This document shows positions 16,796 to 26,330 of a stretch of 64,000 nt of DNA, in pieces. Below the pieces are notes generated by a model. That model made no database searches. It was not told where the DNA came from and saw nothing but the letters and a program-made list of their open reading frames with translations. The translations under genes and the position numbers were made by a program. The stretch comes from Myxococcota bacterium (GTDB lineage Bacteria > Myxococcota_A > Bradymonadia > UBA7976 > UBA1532), in contig JAYZEG010000058.1 of assembly GCA_036337435.1 (NCBI GenBank), positions 68,239 to 132,238 on the forward strand. The letters run 5' to 3'. The stretch's first letter is position 1. Each line of letters starts with the position of its first letter.

Positions 16796-17641
16796 TTAGC
16801 CGTCGATACTCACAAGAGAGCCGTCTTCTGCACTGCTCTTACAAGCTTGTGTGTCAAGGTCGGTCGCAGTTGTCCGACTTGAACTGAGTGTTGGATCTAG
16901 TAAATGGGTCGGTCTCACATTCTTTAAAGACGCCAACATAACATCTCGAACATTGGGTATTTGCTCTTCAAGTTGATCTAAAAGATCCCCCATTTTGACC
17001 CGTTGTAGTCCCGCCTGAGACCCACACAAATTACAGGGTAAAATTGGAAAAGCTCTCTTCTGCGAATAGGTTTCTATATCGTTTTCTGCGCATTCGATGA
17101 GAGGTCTAATCACCTGGAATCGGCCATCGTCGGTCGTATAGACAGGCGGCATAGCTTGGAGTTTCCCAGAGAAAAACATGTTCATCATGACGGTCTCAAG
17201 GGTGTCATCTCTATGGTGGCCAAGCGCGATTTTGTTGCAGCCAAGGCGCTCTGCTGTCGTATACAGGATGCCACGCCGTAACCGAGAACATGGCGCACAA
17301 AAGGTGCCACCTGGCTTAGTCAATTCCAACACAACTGAATATGTATCCTGGCGCACGATTTCATAGGGGCAGTTGAAGTTTTCAAGCCAATTCTCGAGGG
17401 GGCGGCCGTCATATCCGGGTTGATTCTGGTCAAGGTGAACGGCAATCAATTCGAACTTAAAAGGCGACCGTTTCTGAACGCCGCATAGTAAATCAAGCAT
17501 GGTGTAGCTGTCTTTACCACCAGACACCCCAACCATAATTTTATCACCCGGTTCTATAAGTTGAAAACCCTTAATCGTCCTCATCATTCGCCGAGTAAGT
17601 CGTCGACGCAAGGTCTCAATATCTTCGGATTGATTCTTCAT
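16796..17641 (-). CDS. ttcA: tRNA 2-thiocytidine(32) synthetase
   Basis: PP-loop SGGKDS, CAPCSRLRRG, LGHHRDD, PCNLCG. Confidence 0.93.
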   Translation of the reverse strand: MKNQSEDIETLRRRLTRRMMRTIKGFQLIEPGDKIMVGVSGGKDSYTMLDLLCGVQKRSPFKFELIAVHLDQNQPGYDGRPLENWLENFNCPYEIVRQDTYSVVLELTKPGGTFCAPCSRLRRGILYTTAERLGCNKIALGHHRDDTLETVMMNMFFSGKLQAMPPVYTTDDGRFQVIRPLIECAENDIETYSQKRAFPILPCNLCGSQAGLQRVKMGDLLDQLEEQIPNVRDVMLASLKNVRPTHLLDPTLSSSRTTATDLDTQACKSSAEDGSLVSIDG

Positions 17642-17733
17642 TTCTACCCATTCTTAGCGCGGTAGGTAAGCTGTGCGAGTATTCATAATCTGAGCAATAA
17701 AGCAAGGTACAGGCGTCTAGGGAGAGGCTAGGA

Positions 17734-19068
17734 TCAGTGGATACAGGGCGTCAGGCATCTACGCTTTAGATTCTTTTGGTACAATTGAAATCCAGGCCAT
17801 GGCGGTTCCGAAAGTCCTAAATGGCTGTACCAGTCAGGGGAACACAAATCCCCAATTCTAAATGCACGTCCAGTCCAGCTGCCCTCCAGAGTAATTGGCC
17901 TTAATTCGGGTATGCACCAGTTCCGCCTCATTGTTGATAGAGCAACTAAATTCCATAGCCCCTCTTTCAAAATCACCTCCCGCTTAGGTCTCTGGCCATC
18001 TCCAATAGATGCATGATTAAGCCTGATGTAGGGATCATGGCGGGCATAGAGGGGCGGAATAAGAAGAGAGTTGTAACAATCTCTATCAATACGGAGATTG
18101 CTGAGCATCGCAGCAGCGTGTTGATATTGTAGGCCAAAATAGGGCGTTAATCCGTGTCCAATCCAAAAAATAAAAATGAGTTTCACGTAAATCGGCTCTG
18201 GTTTGAGTTGGACCAAATGCCCTGAAGGCTTCTCGAGGATCAGGCCAATAGACAAGGTGACAGAGCCAAAGAACAAGGCCGCTTTTAAAACGGTCATCAC
18301 ACTTGGAATCTGCTGACTGAGCAAACCCTCAACGGCGATTAAGGACGCGATTGAAACGGATAAAACCGTCTTTCTTCTGCAAATCAAGTGACGGATCAAG
18401 ACCATCTGACGACCATTTAAGGTAGCGCAATAACCGCTGAGCATGACCAAACCGAAGGCGGGTGCAAGCGTCACCGTGAGACCCCAATGAAAGAGGCAGC
18501 CAACAGGCCAAACCAAAAGGCTTCGACGCACTATCAAAACGCCGATTATACATTCGATTCCAATGACCAAAATCGACAATTCCACGCCAAGGTCAGTCGG
18601 TAAAGAAGCCCATTGCCAATGGGAATCGAGCTGGCGAAGTGCATGATGGGCGCAACTAATTTCTGGGTTGAAGAAATCGCGATTCATTTTGTGTAAAGCA
18701 GCAAGCCAATAGGTGCCGGCCGTCAGCCATCGAACAATAGCCATGAGCTCAATGCGGTGTACCACTGTTGCCATGCAGGAGAAAAATCCAACCCAAGTGA
18801 GATACATGGATTGCGTGAGCACATCTCTCAAGAAAAAGAGGGGATAAAGAGTACCGAGTGTACAGAGAAGAAAACCCCATGCGGTCGGTCTCCACAAAAG
18901 TAATAATGCGCCAACTGTTTCAACGATTTGGGGTGCAGCCCAACCGGGCTGTTCAAAGTCGGGTAGGCAAACATGGATGAGACTACCGACTGCAAATGCA
19001 CGTGCCCACCAACGCAATTTATCGTGCGTCAAGAGCCATGCGGGAGAGAATGTATGAGTTAGAGCCAT
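17734..19068 (-). CDS. Polytopic membrane protein, HTTM-like
   Basis: Many hydrophobic helices; YWLAALHKMNRDFF and PYFGL..AMLSNL motifs. Confidence 0.55.
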   Translation of the reverse strand: MALTHTFSPAWLLTHDKLRWWARAFAVGSLIHVCLPDFEQPGWAAPQIVETVGALLLLWRPTAWGFLLCTLGTLYPLFFLRDVLTQSMYLTWVGFFSCMATVVHRIELMAIVRWLTAGTYWLAALHKMNRDFFNPEISCAHHALRQLDSHWQWASLPTDLGVELSILVIGIECIIGVLIVRRSLLVWPVGCLFHWGLTVTLAPAFGLVMLSGYCATLNGRQMVLIRHLICRRKTVLSVSIASLIAVEGLLSQQIPSVMTVLKAALFFGSVTLSIGLILEKPSGHLVQLKPEPIYVKLIFIFWIGHGLTPYFGLQYQHAAAMLSNLRIDRDCYNSLLIPPLYARHDPYIRLNHASIGDGQRPKREVILKEGLWNLVALSTMRRNWCIPELRPITLEGSWTGRAFRIGDLCSPDWYSHLGLSEPPWPGFQLYQKNLKRRCLTPCIH

Positions 19069-19117
19069 GAAATGCTTATACTGCGACCGACACGATTGAC
19101 GATAGGGGTCTCGGCCT

Positions 19118-19627
19118 ATGGATGATCAGTTTATCTCCGTTGGAACAGCAGTTATCACCGTTTCGGACACCCGCTCGATGGAGACCGATGCATCGGGGGC
19201 TTATGCACAAGCCACATTAGAGGACATGGGTCATCGAGTGCTCCATCGGCGGATCATCAAAGATGAGGTGGCAGCAATTCGATCTGAAATCGAGTTCTGT
19301 CAGCAACGGCAAGATATCTTCATTGTGATACTCACAGGCGGGACGGGCATCACGCGACGCGATGTGACACCGGATGCTATCCGTTCAATGGCAACCAAAC
19401 ACATACCGGGGTTTGGAGAACTCTTTCGCATGCTGAGCTACTCAGATATCGGAAGTTCTACAGTCCAATCGAGAGCAGAGGCTTGGTTGTGTGACACCGT
19501 CCTTGTGTTTACTCTTCCAGGCTCGACTGGCGCCGTGAAGCTTGCATTCGAGAAGATTCTGGTGGAACAGCTTGATGCGCGCACTCGGCCGTGTAACTTC
19601 ATCCGACTGAGAGACCGGATCATTTAA
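19118..19627 (+). CDS. moaB: Molybdenum cofactor biosynthesis protein (MoaB/Mog family)
   Basis: [37 protein letters not shown]. Confidence 0.9.
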   Translation: MDDQFISVGTAVITVSDTRSMETDASGAYAQATLEDMGHRVLHRRIIKDEVAAIRSEIEFCQQRQDIFIVILTGGTGITRRDVTPDAIRSMATKHIPGFGELFRMLSYSDIGSSTVQSRAEAWLCDTVLVFTLPGSTGAVKLAFEKILVEQLDARTRPCNFIRLRDRII

Positions 19628-19663
19628 TGACGGGTCGGGCGGAGAGCATCCGCGAGCTGTCTG

Positions 19664-21148
19664 CTACCGTTTGGAATCGTATGACTTGGACCCTTTCTTG
19701 GAGCGTATTCTTGGCGTTCTTGATTTTCGGCTCGCTCGTCTCTTTTTGTTGATCATGTCAAGCATGTCTTGCGCCCGAGTTGCATAGGGTGAGTTCTTAC
19801 CAGAAAGTCGGATCAGGTAGCGACGTGCTGCCGAAAATTGCCCGAGTGAGTGGTGACAGGTTGCCAACTGAAAATACGCGTATTGCTTTTGTGCGCTCGA
19901 TAGTTTTTTTCCACCATCGTCCAAATATTGCTTCCAAATTGTAATCGCTTGGCGATATTGGCCACCGGCCACAGCTTGGGTGCCCGACGCCGCGAGCGCC
20001 GCCAACGATCGACCCCGATCTGTGCGACCAAGAACTGCGCTTCCTGCCTCGCCTTTAGCCGAATTGACACTCGGACCCCGGCTCGACCGAGACGAGGGCT
20101 CTGAAGACCGACGAAGCCCGTCTGCACTTTCCGAGTCAACGTTGCCGCGCCCCGAGGCTTCCTTTGAGGGTGCCAATTCTGGCCTACCGTCCTCGAGGGG
20201 GATGGACACGGATGCCGATGGTGCGGGCGGTGGAGCAAATCTTTGGGGGCTCCCCTTTCTCGTGCCTGTTTTCTGTTTGGGTGACTTGACGCCCAAGATA
20301 CCCGTCATTGGTGCTGCGCCCGGAGCGGTGGCATTCGATTGTCCTGCAGGGACACTGCGAGCGGCTGCTTTCTTGGCCTTTCGCACTCGTTTTTTTGCAC
20401 GAGAGCGGACCGATTTGGTCGGTTCATAAGACCGTTCTTGACCAAGCTCGGTTTCGTCAATCGCTGTATCTAATTCTAGCGACGCTTCAGCGTTAGCAGC
20501 CAGTGCAGCGGCCGGAGCGTCTAATTCTCCAATAGGAGAGCGAGCCAAGCGATTTGAGTTCCTGGAGGGTCTGGGTGTGCGAGCTGCTCGTGCTTTTGTT
20601 TCTTCTTCAGAACTGGTCTGTAACGCTGGTTTCGCGGCGGCACCCACCTGTTTTGCCTTACCGGCAGGACGAGCTGCCGGTTTCGCGGCGGGCAAGGCGG
20701 GCGGCTTTGATTTGGCGGCAGGGCGACCTGACGGTTTCGCGGCGGGTAAAGCGGACGGCTTCATCTCGCCTACGAGCACGGTCCCATCCCCTTCCTGTAA
20801 ACCATCTTTAAAGATGGAAAAGACAGCACCGCCGATAATAAACAGACCCAAAGCCGCGAATGCAGGATTTTGGAGCAGCATGAAGAAACGCTCAAAAAGG
20901 CCGGGGCCTTTGTCTGCAGATGCTTGTTGTCGAGCCACTCGAAGAATTTCGTAATGAACAGCTGGATCCGGTTCCTCCAACGGTAATTCATCCATCACGG
21001 CATAAACGTGATTCCAATCGTCGTAAGTCTCTTTCAGTTCAGCATTGGCCTCAAGCTCTTGGCGTAGAGCATCAGCCTCATCATGCTTAAGTTCGCCGTA
21101 AAGAAGCTCGACCAGGCGGTTTTCCATATCTTGCTTGCTGTCAGACAT
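19664..21148 (-). CDS. Putative anti-sigma factor: anti-sigma domain, one TM helix, long linker, C-terminal TPR
   Basis: Directly follows an ECF sigma gene; LLYGEL..E anti-sigma motif; TM AFAALGLFIIGGAVF; TPR at the C-terminus. Confidence 0.7.
   Translation of the reverse strand: MSDSKQDMENRLVELLYGELKHDEADALRQELEANAELKETYDDWNHVYAVMDELPLEEPDPAVHYEILRVARQQASADKGPGLFERFFMLLQNPAFAALGLFIIGGAVFSIFKDGLQEGDGTVLVGEMKPSALPAAKPSGRPAAKSKPPALPAAKPAARPAGKAKQVGAAAKPALQTSSEEETKARAARTPRPSRNSNRLARSPIGELDAPAAALAANAEASLELDTAIDETELGQERSYEPTKSVRSRAKKRVRKAKKAAARSVPAGQSNATAPGAAPMTGILGVKSPKQKTGTRKGSPQRFAPPPAPSASVSIPLEDGRPELAPSKEASGRGNVDSESADGLRRSSEPSSRSSRGPSVNSAKGEAGSAVLGRTDRGRSLAALAASGTQAVAGGQYRQAITIWKQYLDDGGKKLSSAQKQYAYFQLATCHHSLGQFSAARRYLIRLSGKNSPYATRAQDMLDMINKKRRASRKSRTPRIRSKKGSKSYDSKR
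20628..20746 (-). repeat. Three copies of GGTTTCGCGGCGG (plus strand) encoding AAKP repeats
   Basis: Copies at 20628, 20679 and 20733 (51-54 bp period). Confidence 0.75.
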
Positions 21149-21177
21149 GTGTTCCCACCTCGAACGGTCTTCGATAT

Positions 21178-21804
21178 TTATTGTTCCGAAGCATAATCCG
21201 CCAATAATTCTCTCAAGTTCTCAAATGCGTATCGCATCCGACTCTTAATAGTGTTCTCAGACGTGCCAAGCAATTCGGCGATTTCCCGAAAACGCATCTG
21301 ATCGACATGTCTCAGTACAAAAACCTCACGCTGTTTGTCGTTAAGACGCTCCAAAGCGGCGATGAGTCGCTCTTGTAATTGAGATGAGCTAACCGCTTTG
21401 TACCCATCATCATGACTCCCCGCGATTCTATCTTTTGCTGCAAATCCACCGTCTCCACGGCTGGAACTCTGTTCGAAACTCACGCCACCAGAACGCACAC
21501 GATCTTTGCGGAGCTGATCGATACAAAGGTTTCTAGCGATCGTATAAAGCCATGTCTTGAACTTAGCCCGCCTATCATACCTATCTGCGTTTTTGACAAC
21601 TTTGAGAAAAGTCTCTTGCAAGAGATCATTGGCTCTTTCGCGCGTCCCTACGTACCGCAAGATATAATTGAAGAGCTTTCGCTCATAACGCTTTAGCAGC
21701 GTCTCAAATGCATCCACATCTCCATCCCGATATCTTTCGATAAGCGTCTCGTCTGAAACTTGATCAAATGAATCCCCGAGGACCATCAGGATAAAGCTCA
21801 GCAT
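21178..21804 (-). CDS. ECF RNA polymerase sigma factor
   Basis: Region 2 DLLQETF..FKTWLYTIARNLCID; region 4 REVFVLR..EIAELLG.SENTIKSR. Confidence 0.92.
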   Translation of the reverse strand: MLSFILMVLGDSFDQVSDETLIERYRDGDVDAFETLLKRYERKLFNYILRYVGTRERANDLLQETFLKVVKNADRYDRRAKFKTWLYTIARNLCIDQLRKDRVRSGGVSFEQSSSRGDGGFAAKDRIAGSHDDGYKAVSSSQLQERLIAALERLNDKQREVFVLRHVDQMRFREIAELLGTSENTIKSRMRYAFENLRELLADYASEQ

Positions 21805-21882
21805 TTGACTGTCCCCACTTTATACGTGCGACAAATCAGCATGGGTCTAATGGAGATCATTTTTTCAGGATTAATCCTTTGA

Positions 21883-22620
21883 TCACGATGTCCGTCTATT
21901 GGTGTCTGGCTTCAAGAGTTCGCTCACGTCTAACTGCCCCTTCTCAATCAGGCGGTCCATCAGACGCACCAAGAGAATATCTCTGACTGAATCTGACTGT
22001 TCGAGACAGGCACGAAGTGCTTTTCGGCCCTTCTGAGGATCGAGTTCAACCATTTCTTGCCCGGCAATATAGGGACCGAGCATATTTTCGAAAGCATCAA
22101 AAAACGGTGTTGCTTCCGATTCTATTTTTTCCCCTTCGTCGCTCTCATTTATGTCCTCAGGGGCGATACCCATAAGGGGTTCGAAGGGGCATTGATAAGC
22201 TTTAACGATCGCCGAACAGATGTCTGATGGTGTCGTGATCAGCGGGCGGATTCTTAAACCGGTTTTTCGATAGACCGCTCGAATCGTATGAACATCTAAA
22301 GGGTTTGCCATGGCCAGCAAAAGGAACTGAAAACCGTCTAAATAAAGGATCTCAATTGGGAAAATTAAGTAGCGTCGACAGTCCTCGGCCGACAGTTTTT
22401 GGATTGCGCCTGGTTCTGCGACGCAGTCATCAAGTGATACCCGTGCGAGCCTCAAATGTTTTGATAAACCCCGAACAAGTGGCTCTTCCTCAACAAGCTC
22501 AGCACCGACAAAACTCTCTATCAAGGCGCGATTGAATGTTCTCGAATGAGCCTCAGCCGCAACAATCGAGTGCGAGTTGGCCATGTTTGCATTATGTAGA
22601 AAGGCACTTAATGCCATCAT
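21883..22620 (-). CDS. Stand-alone GspE/PilB N-terminal (MshEN/T2SSE_N-like) domain protein
   Basis: LSAEDCRRYLIFP..LLLAMANPLD..TGLRIRP..AI..Y; no ATPase domain. Start may be ATG 22584. Confidence 0.7.
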   Translation of the reverse strand: MMALSAFLHNANMANSHSIVAAEAHSRTFNRALIESFVGAELVEEEPLVRGLSKHLRLARVSLDDCVAEPGAIQKLSAEDCRRYLIFPIEILYLDGFQFLLLAMANPLDVHTIRAVYRKTGLRIRPLITTPSDICSAIVKAYQCPFEPLMGIAPEDINESDEGEKIESEATPFFDAFENMLGPYIAGQEMVELDPQKGRKALRACLEQSDSVRDILLVRLMDRLIEKGQLDVSELLKPDTNRRTS

Positions 22621-22658
22621 TGAGCGATCCTCTTAAGTCCATTTGACGTGACATCAAC

Positions 22659-23429
22659 CTATGGGATTGGTTCCACAACAATGCCGCGAGGCGGACTTAA
22701 CGTAAAGACTTCTGATGCCAACCGTGGATTCAGCGATGAATCTTTGATCGTCATGTCGATACTGAGGTCTTCATCGGGCACTTCGAAACGAACGCGTCTG
22801 GGAATCACATCATCCCCAGTCCCCGAGTAATCGCCCATCCTGACCTTGTACAAGACACGACCATTTAAGCGCGTTTCTAATCGGGTCACACGATAATATT
22901 CCGGCTCAAAATGAATCATTTGCATGAGTGCTTCTGATGTCAAATGAACTCGATATCGGCCTGTTTTTGAGTCCCAATGCAATTTCGTTTGCTCGGCTCG
23001 AATTCGCGGTATTGCGCCACGTAAGAGTGACGCGAGTTCGGGCGGGGACATGGGTACGGGAAGTAATCGGGACAGTGCTGTTTGTGTGACTGGACCTAAG
23101 AAGAAGCGTCCTTCCTTGGAGTCGAAGATCATAAGTCTGGATCCATCACTGGCAAGGGTCATGAGCGGATTCCCAAATGGTGAAATTACCTCAATGCGCA
23201 GTCGACCTTGATCATCCGCAGCCAAATACTGACGCAACTTAACCCTCTCGCCCCTTTGCCAAATCTCAACATCGAGTTCTGCCGTTAGACTCCTCAGTGC
23301 GGCATCCCGTCGGTCAATGGAAGTGAGCAGAGGACCCGGCTCATTCAGTGCGTTGCGAGGCTTGGGAAAGCCACCGCAGCCCATGATTATCAAAACAGAA
23401 AAGATGGTCAGTTTTGGATTTTTTTCCAT
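22659..23429 (-). CDS. LolA/LolB-like (DUF4292-type) lipoprotein
   Basis: Lipobox-like IIMGC; RLRIEVISPFG; C-terminal FTLSPPRG. Confidence 0.65.
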   Translation of the reverse strand: MEKNPKLTIFSVLIIMGCGGFPKPRNALNEPGPLLTSIDRRDAALRSLTAELDVEIWQRGERVKLRQYLAADDQGRLRIEVISPFGNPLMTLASDGSRLMIFDSKEGRFFLGPVTQTALSRLLPVPMSPPELASLLRGAIPRIRAEQTKLHWDSKTGRYRVHLTSEALMQMIHFEPEYYRVTRLETRLNGRVLYKVRMGDYSGTGDDVIPRRVRFEVPDEDLSIDMTIKDSSLNPRLASEVFTLSPPRGIVVEPIP

Positions 23430-24970
23430 TCTCGCTCATGATCTTTTTTACGGTCTGCATTTTGCTCTAAACGCATGGCTTTCTCGTAAAAGCTCAATGC
23501 AGACCTATATTTTTTCAATTGGCGTAATGTACACGCCATGTGGAGTAAAATTTCCGGTTCATTGGGCAGTCTCTGAAGCGACCGACGAAACAACCCTAAT
23601 GCTTGTTCAAATCGACCACGTCGATAAAGAATCCAACCCAGGGAATCCAAATAAGCTGGATGCTCGGGCCTTTCCTTCAAAGCTCGATTCAATAGAATTT
23701 CGGCTCGGTCAAGATTCTCGCCTCGCTGAGCCCACTCATAGCCCATGTAATTGAGAGCTGGAGCGTGATTTGGGTCTAGCTCAAGTACAGTCTTGATTTC
23801 TTCAGTAAATCCATCGATATCACCTGTCTGATGTAAAGCGACTGCATAGGAAAATCGCAGTTCTGCGTCGGCCAGATATGAGCTCATCTCGATGGACAAT
23901 TCAGATCGAGCCCTCGCATACATTTCTGCTCGCATGAGCCCCTTAATTAAATCGACAAAAACACCCCGATTTCGTGGAAATAAGGAGCGTCTCTGTCCAA
24001 GTATCGAAACAGCTCTTCGAGGCTCTCCCGCACGAAACCCGGCCTCCACCGCAACCTCAATCAACTTCGCTGGTGCGTAGGGATTGGGTATGATTGGCTC
24101 GGCGAGCTCAATCGCTTTCTTCCAGCGACCATTCGCAAATGCTGACAACAGAAGGCGCTCTCTCACCGTTATCAGCTCCGGTCGATGAACAATAAGCTTG
24201 CTGTAAAATAAAGGGATGGCTGGGGCTAATGTCGGAGAAACCATGGATTTCAGAAATCGGTCCATCACCCGAACCGGCCAATCCTTCAATGAATCAAATA
24301 GGACGTTGGCTGCCAGTGGATAATCCTTGGACAAACTTGTGAGGGCCAAAACAGAGCCAAACATTTTCCTCTTCAAAACCTGATTTGTCTGGTCTTTCTT
24401 GTCAGCTGTTTTCTTTAATAGCCGAAACGCACGATAGTGTGCTTCTGCGGCGGGTTTTAATCGTTTGCTTTCCCGATAAGCATCGCCCAGCATGATCCAG
24501 TCAGAAACCCGATTATCATCGAGTTCTGTCGCCACACGCAAATCCAAGACAGCTTCTTCAAACTGTTTAGATTTAAATCGCCTTTGACCACGCTGAGACC
24601 AATACTCGGACATGCCTGTATTTTTAGACAATTGCGATTGAACACGCGTGCCGATGAGGGACTCGACTAGAGGCCGTAAATCGCGATGGTGCTCGTTAAG
24701 GAGTGCTGCCTGCACGAGAGCGGCTTCAGCCCGCCCGAACTGCTCTTCTGCGATCCATGATTTGGCTGCCCAAATCCAGTGGTCTGCAGACGCATTCTTT
24801 TCGCCCAGCCTTTCATAAATCGTGGCCGCTCGAACAAAGTGCCTGTCGGCGTACGCTTGCTTAGCACTGCCCAAATCATAGACCAATGGTCGGCCTTGAT
24901 GACCACCACATCCGAGACAGAGGACACACAGAAACGGAATGCTAAAATAATGACGGTAGGCTGTGACCAT
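23408..24970 (-). CDS. TPR lipoprotein
   Basis: Lipobox LCLGC; multiple TPRs including ALNYMGY and AYLDSLGWILYRRG. Confidence 0.8.
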   Translation of the reverse strand: MVTAYRHYFSIPFLCVLCLGCGGHQGRPLVYDLGSAKQAYADRHFVRAATIYERLGEKNASADHWIWAAKSWIAEEQFGRAEAALVQAALLNEHHRDLRPLVESLIGTRVQSQLSKNTGMSEYWSQRGQRRFKSKQFEEAVLDLRVATELDDNRVSDWIMLGDAYRESKRLKPAAEAHYRAFRLLKKTADKKDQTNQVLKRKMFGSVLALTSLSKDYPLAANVLFDSLKDWPVRVMDRFLKSMVSPTLAPAIPLFYSKLIVHRPELITVRERLLLSAFANGRWKKAIELAEPIIPNPYAPAKLIEVAVEAGFRAGEPRRAVSILGQRRSLFPRNRGVFVDLIKGLMRAEMYARARSELSIEMSSYLADAELRFSYAVALHQTGDIDGFTEEIKTVLELDPNHAPALNYMGYEWAQRGENLDRAEILLNRALKERPEHPAYLDSLGWILYRRGRFEQALGLFRRSLQRLPNEPEILLHMACTLRQLKKYRSALSFYEKAMRLEQNADRKKDHEREWKKIQN

Positions 24971-24988
24971 ATCGTGAGCAGTTTACTT

Positions 24989-26113
24989 TCAAAGTGTCGC
25001 GACTGGAATCATATCACCCGCATAGGGGAGCAAAAGAATATTATTTGCCCCTGCCTTTTGCAAAGCGTCTTCAATAGATGGAGAGTATTCGGCAAACGTT
25101 TCGCGAACAGCCTCTTCTGGCAAATCGCTTATGAGTATAATTTTATGGGTTTCAGGGAGAAGTGGTCGCAGGCCAAGACGATAGATACCCTCGTTGATCA
25201 CGGCCGTTGGACCTAAACCATCTGCGCATTCGGCACAGAGAATAAGGGTTCCTCCAGGTTTCAATACTTGGGCTGCCGGTGGGATCAACTTACACGCCTG
25301 GTAGAGATTCATTGTCGTCGGAACTCTATCGGATACAATCACGGTCTCTGATTTATCAATAACCTCAGTCTCATAAATGTGACGAGCCAGTTCAACACCC
25401 GCCCGGTGAGCAGTTACCGGATGCCCTGAGATGTAATGAACGACATCGTCCTCAATGTCCCGAATGACATTGATTATGTAGGACAGACCGGCCATCTCCG
25501 CCGCCTCTTCCATGTCGAGTCGACATGGATTTGTACTCACCTGACCGAGTCGAGCATTCGCCTCTGCTTTGAGTAGATGATTTTTCCAAATGCCGTCTTC
25601 ACGAGCGACACCCGGAAACAAGGTCTTTGCCCCCCCGGAATAACCCGCAAAGTAATGAGGTTTAATTTCGCCCAGAAGAATCCTTAGGTCAGCCCTGATA
25701 ACCACGTCAGGATATGCGACTGGGGTCTGTCTTTGTGTGTGACCTAAAAAAACTAAATCCGCGGCATTGGCATCATGGCACCAATGACTGAGCCCAGATG
25801 ATTGACTCGGATGTTTTCCCGCCGCAATGCCGATTGACACCGATTTGCCCTCCAACATCGGAAGCAACTTCGGCAGAACCAGCGACGCAACATCGAAGCG
25901 GGTTTCATCAGGTATCAAAATAGCAATTGACGCAACGCGATTGAGGAGTTCGCTAAAGGGCTGACAACCGACGGGATGTCTTAATGTCGCATCCAAATCA
26001 GACGGAACGATGTCACGATGGCTGGACCTTCGCCTCACGAGTACTCGGGTTGACCTGGGCAGTCGGATCGAGCGCGGCTGCCGACCCCATCCGATGGTGA
26101 ATCTTCGTGTCAT
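24989..26113 (-). CDS. LarA (lactate racemase) superfamily protein
   Basis: PDETR, AAGKH, PHYFAGYSGGAK..PG, NH, NLYQ..K, AEC.DG.G. Confidence 0.8.
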   Translation of the reverse strand: MTRRFTIGWGRQPRSIRLPRSTRVLVRRRSSHRDIVPSDLDATLRHPVGCQPFSELLNRVASIAILIPDETRFDVASLVLPKLLPMLEGKSVSIGIAAGKHPSQSSGLSHWCHDANAADLVFLGHTQRQTPVAYPDVVIRADLRILLGEIKPHYFAGYSGGAKTLFPGVAREDGIWKNHLLKAEANARLGQVSTNPCRLDMEEAAEMAGLSYIINVIRDIEDDVVHYISGHPVTAHRAGVELARHIYETEVIDKSETVIVSDRVPTTMNLYQACKLIPPAAQVLKPGGTLILCAECADGLGPTAVINEGIYRLGLRPLLPETHKIILISDLPEEAVRETFAEYSPSIEDALQKAGANNILLLPYAGDMIPVATL

Positions 26114-26330
26114 TTCAACTGATCAGTGGAATGGATTTTCGCACCTACTTTTGTCAAATATTAGCACGCGATGTCATCAGGATATCAATCTCTCTTAAGT
26201 GTGTCCTAGATTTTTCATAGAGCAACAGTGTATTAAGACAGGGACAACGAGAGCATCGGCATGATTTAAGATTCAAATCGATGACATCGGGGTCCGTGTA
26301 AGCGGATTGGATAAAGGGCGTGGAGGACGA

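Noticed and set aside
19636-19652. GCGGA-gagca-TCCGC hairpin between convergent moaB and anti-sigma genes as a terminator
   Set aside because: Only a 5-bp stem and no U-tract on either strand.
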